Below, in pieces: positions 62,915 through 64,000 of a stretch of 64,000 bases of DNA. Position 1 is the first letter of the stretch. Every line of letters starts with the position of its first letter. The notes below the pieces were generated by a model. The model was given only the letters and a program-made list of their open reading frames with translations. It did no database searches and had not been told where the DNA came from. The position numbers were made by a program, and so were the translations under genes. The stretch comes from Balanoglossus misakiensis (taxonomy: Eukaryota > Animalia > Hemichordata), in assembly GCA_040954595.2 (NCBI GenBank), contig CM082576.2, forward strand, positions 19,763,028 to 19,827,027, read 5' to 3'.

Positions 62915-64000
62915 ATGATGCATGTGGATTAGTGTGTAATCACAATATTTTGTAGCCTACCTTCTGCCCATCATTTTTGTAATTGGACATTATGCTGTCC
63001 ATATTCCAGTTTTTTTGCCACAATTTTTACTAAGTTTGCCAAGAACATTGTCATTGGTCGAAGATTATGGCGGCCATATTGGATTTTCGAAAAACCATAG
63101 TAAAACTCCAACAATCTTCTCCAGAACCAGCGATAACTGAGTCGCAAGATTCGGGGAGTATGGTCACTACACTGATGTCTATCAAGTATGCAAAGAGCAT
63201 TGTGATTGGTCGAAAAATATGGCGGCCATATTGGATTTTGTAAAAAGCAGTGAAAAATTGAAATTCCTTTTTCTAGTCTAGAAATTGATAGCATGCAAAT
63301 TCTTTTTATGGATATCAATCGTCATATGACTAAATATGTTACAAATTTTTGGCGATTTTTCACATGACCTTTGACCTACTTTTCACAGATTATTATTTCT
63401 GCATATCTATTTCCAGGCTAACCTATAGGGATGCATATATAGCTCATACTACCTGTTCTAAATGTACCAGAGTTCTGATTTTTGTGCACATTGGTATCGC
63501 CCCTGCCAGGACCTACCCCAAATATTTTGGTAATTTTGGCAATGACCTTTGACCTACTTTTGACACATCGTTTTTTTCTGCATATCTAATTCCAGGCTAA
63601 CCTATAGGGCTATCATTTTGGTTTTTGATGTATGTGGATTTGTATGATATAAAAAAAATTCGCTACTTTTCATGACCCCTTTGACCTCTGCTGACCTCAT
63701 TAAATATGCGCATACCTAATTACAGATGAACCGATAGACCTAGAGGTTTGGTTTTTGTTGGACATGGACCAGTATTGGGTCAAAATTTTTTGCCCAAATG
63801 TTGGGTGACCTTGGGTGACCTTTGAGTTACTTTTGCATATGTCGACATCCACAGCAGATACAGCCTTGCCATTTGGAGGTATGGGGCCATAATGAAAAGC
63901 CAAAGTTTTGGGTCACCTGTGACACCTGCTTAACTCATTATTTATGTGCATACCTAATTCTGGGCTAACCAAAAGGCCTAGAGGTTATGATGGACATGGA
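62915..64000 (+). mobile_element. Headless HINE-type body running off the window; probable terminal region of the autonomous Helentron
   Basis: Same modules as the cluster bodies; 63430-64000 closely parallels 37070-37640. Confidence 0.8.

Overview
AT-rich, repeat-dominated eukaryotic DNA; the TE repertoire and spliced relic genes suggest a marine invertebrate (inference). No intact host gene, rRNA, tRNA or CRISPR array was found. Left to right: (1) a long-TIR element (438-7367) interrupted by an IS3EU-type DNA transposon (631-5379, TACTAC TSD); (2) two spliced exons encoding RPA/SSB-like OB folds (7486-8379); (3) a decayed GC-rich ORF chain (8395-9815); (4) a full-length but mutated Ty3/Gypsy LTR retrotransposon (9822-14702, minus strand); (5) MITEs, older repeats and a pentraxin-type pseudogene (15-30 kb); (6) two clusters of non-autonomous Helentron (HINE/DINE-1-like) elements (31642-39270, 44061-51079); (7) an uninterrupted 2,524-aa Helentron OTU-Rep-Pif1 helicase-endonuclease ORF (51478-59052, minus strand), with a 205-bp tandem array and a TATA/CCAAT promoter upstream. 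The main finding is that the HINE clusters are not simple tandem arrays: palindromic 'heads' are stacked first, and the bodies and tails close in last-in-first-out order with matching subterminal repeats. This points to self-targeted nested insertion. Two heads remain unclosed, which predicts that the RepHel gene lies inside one large autonomous element (37858 to beyond 64000) and predicts the sequence just past the window's right edge.
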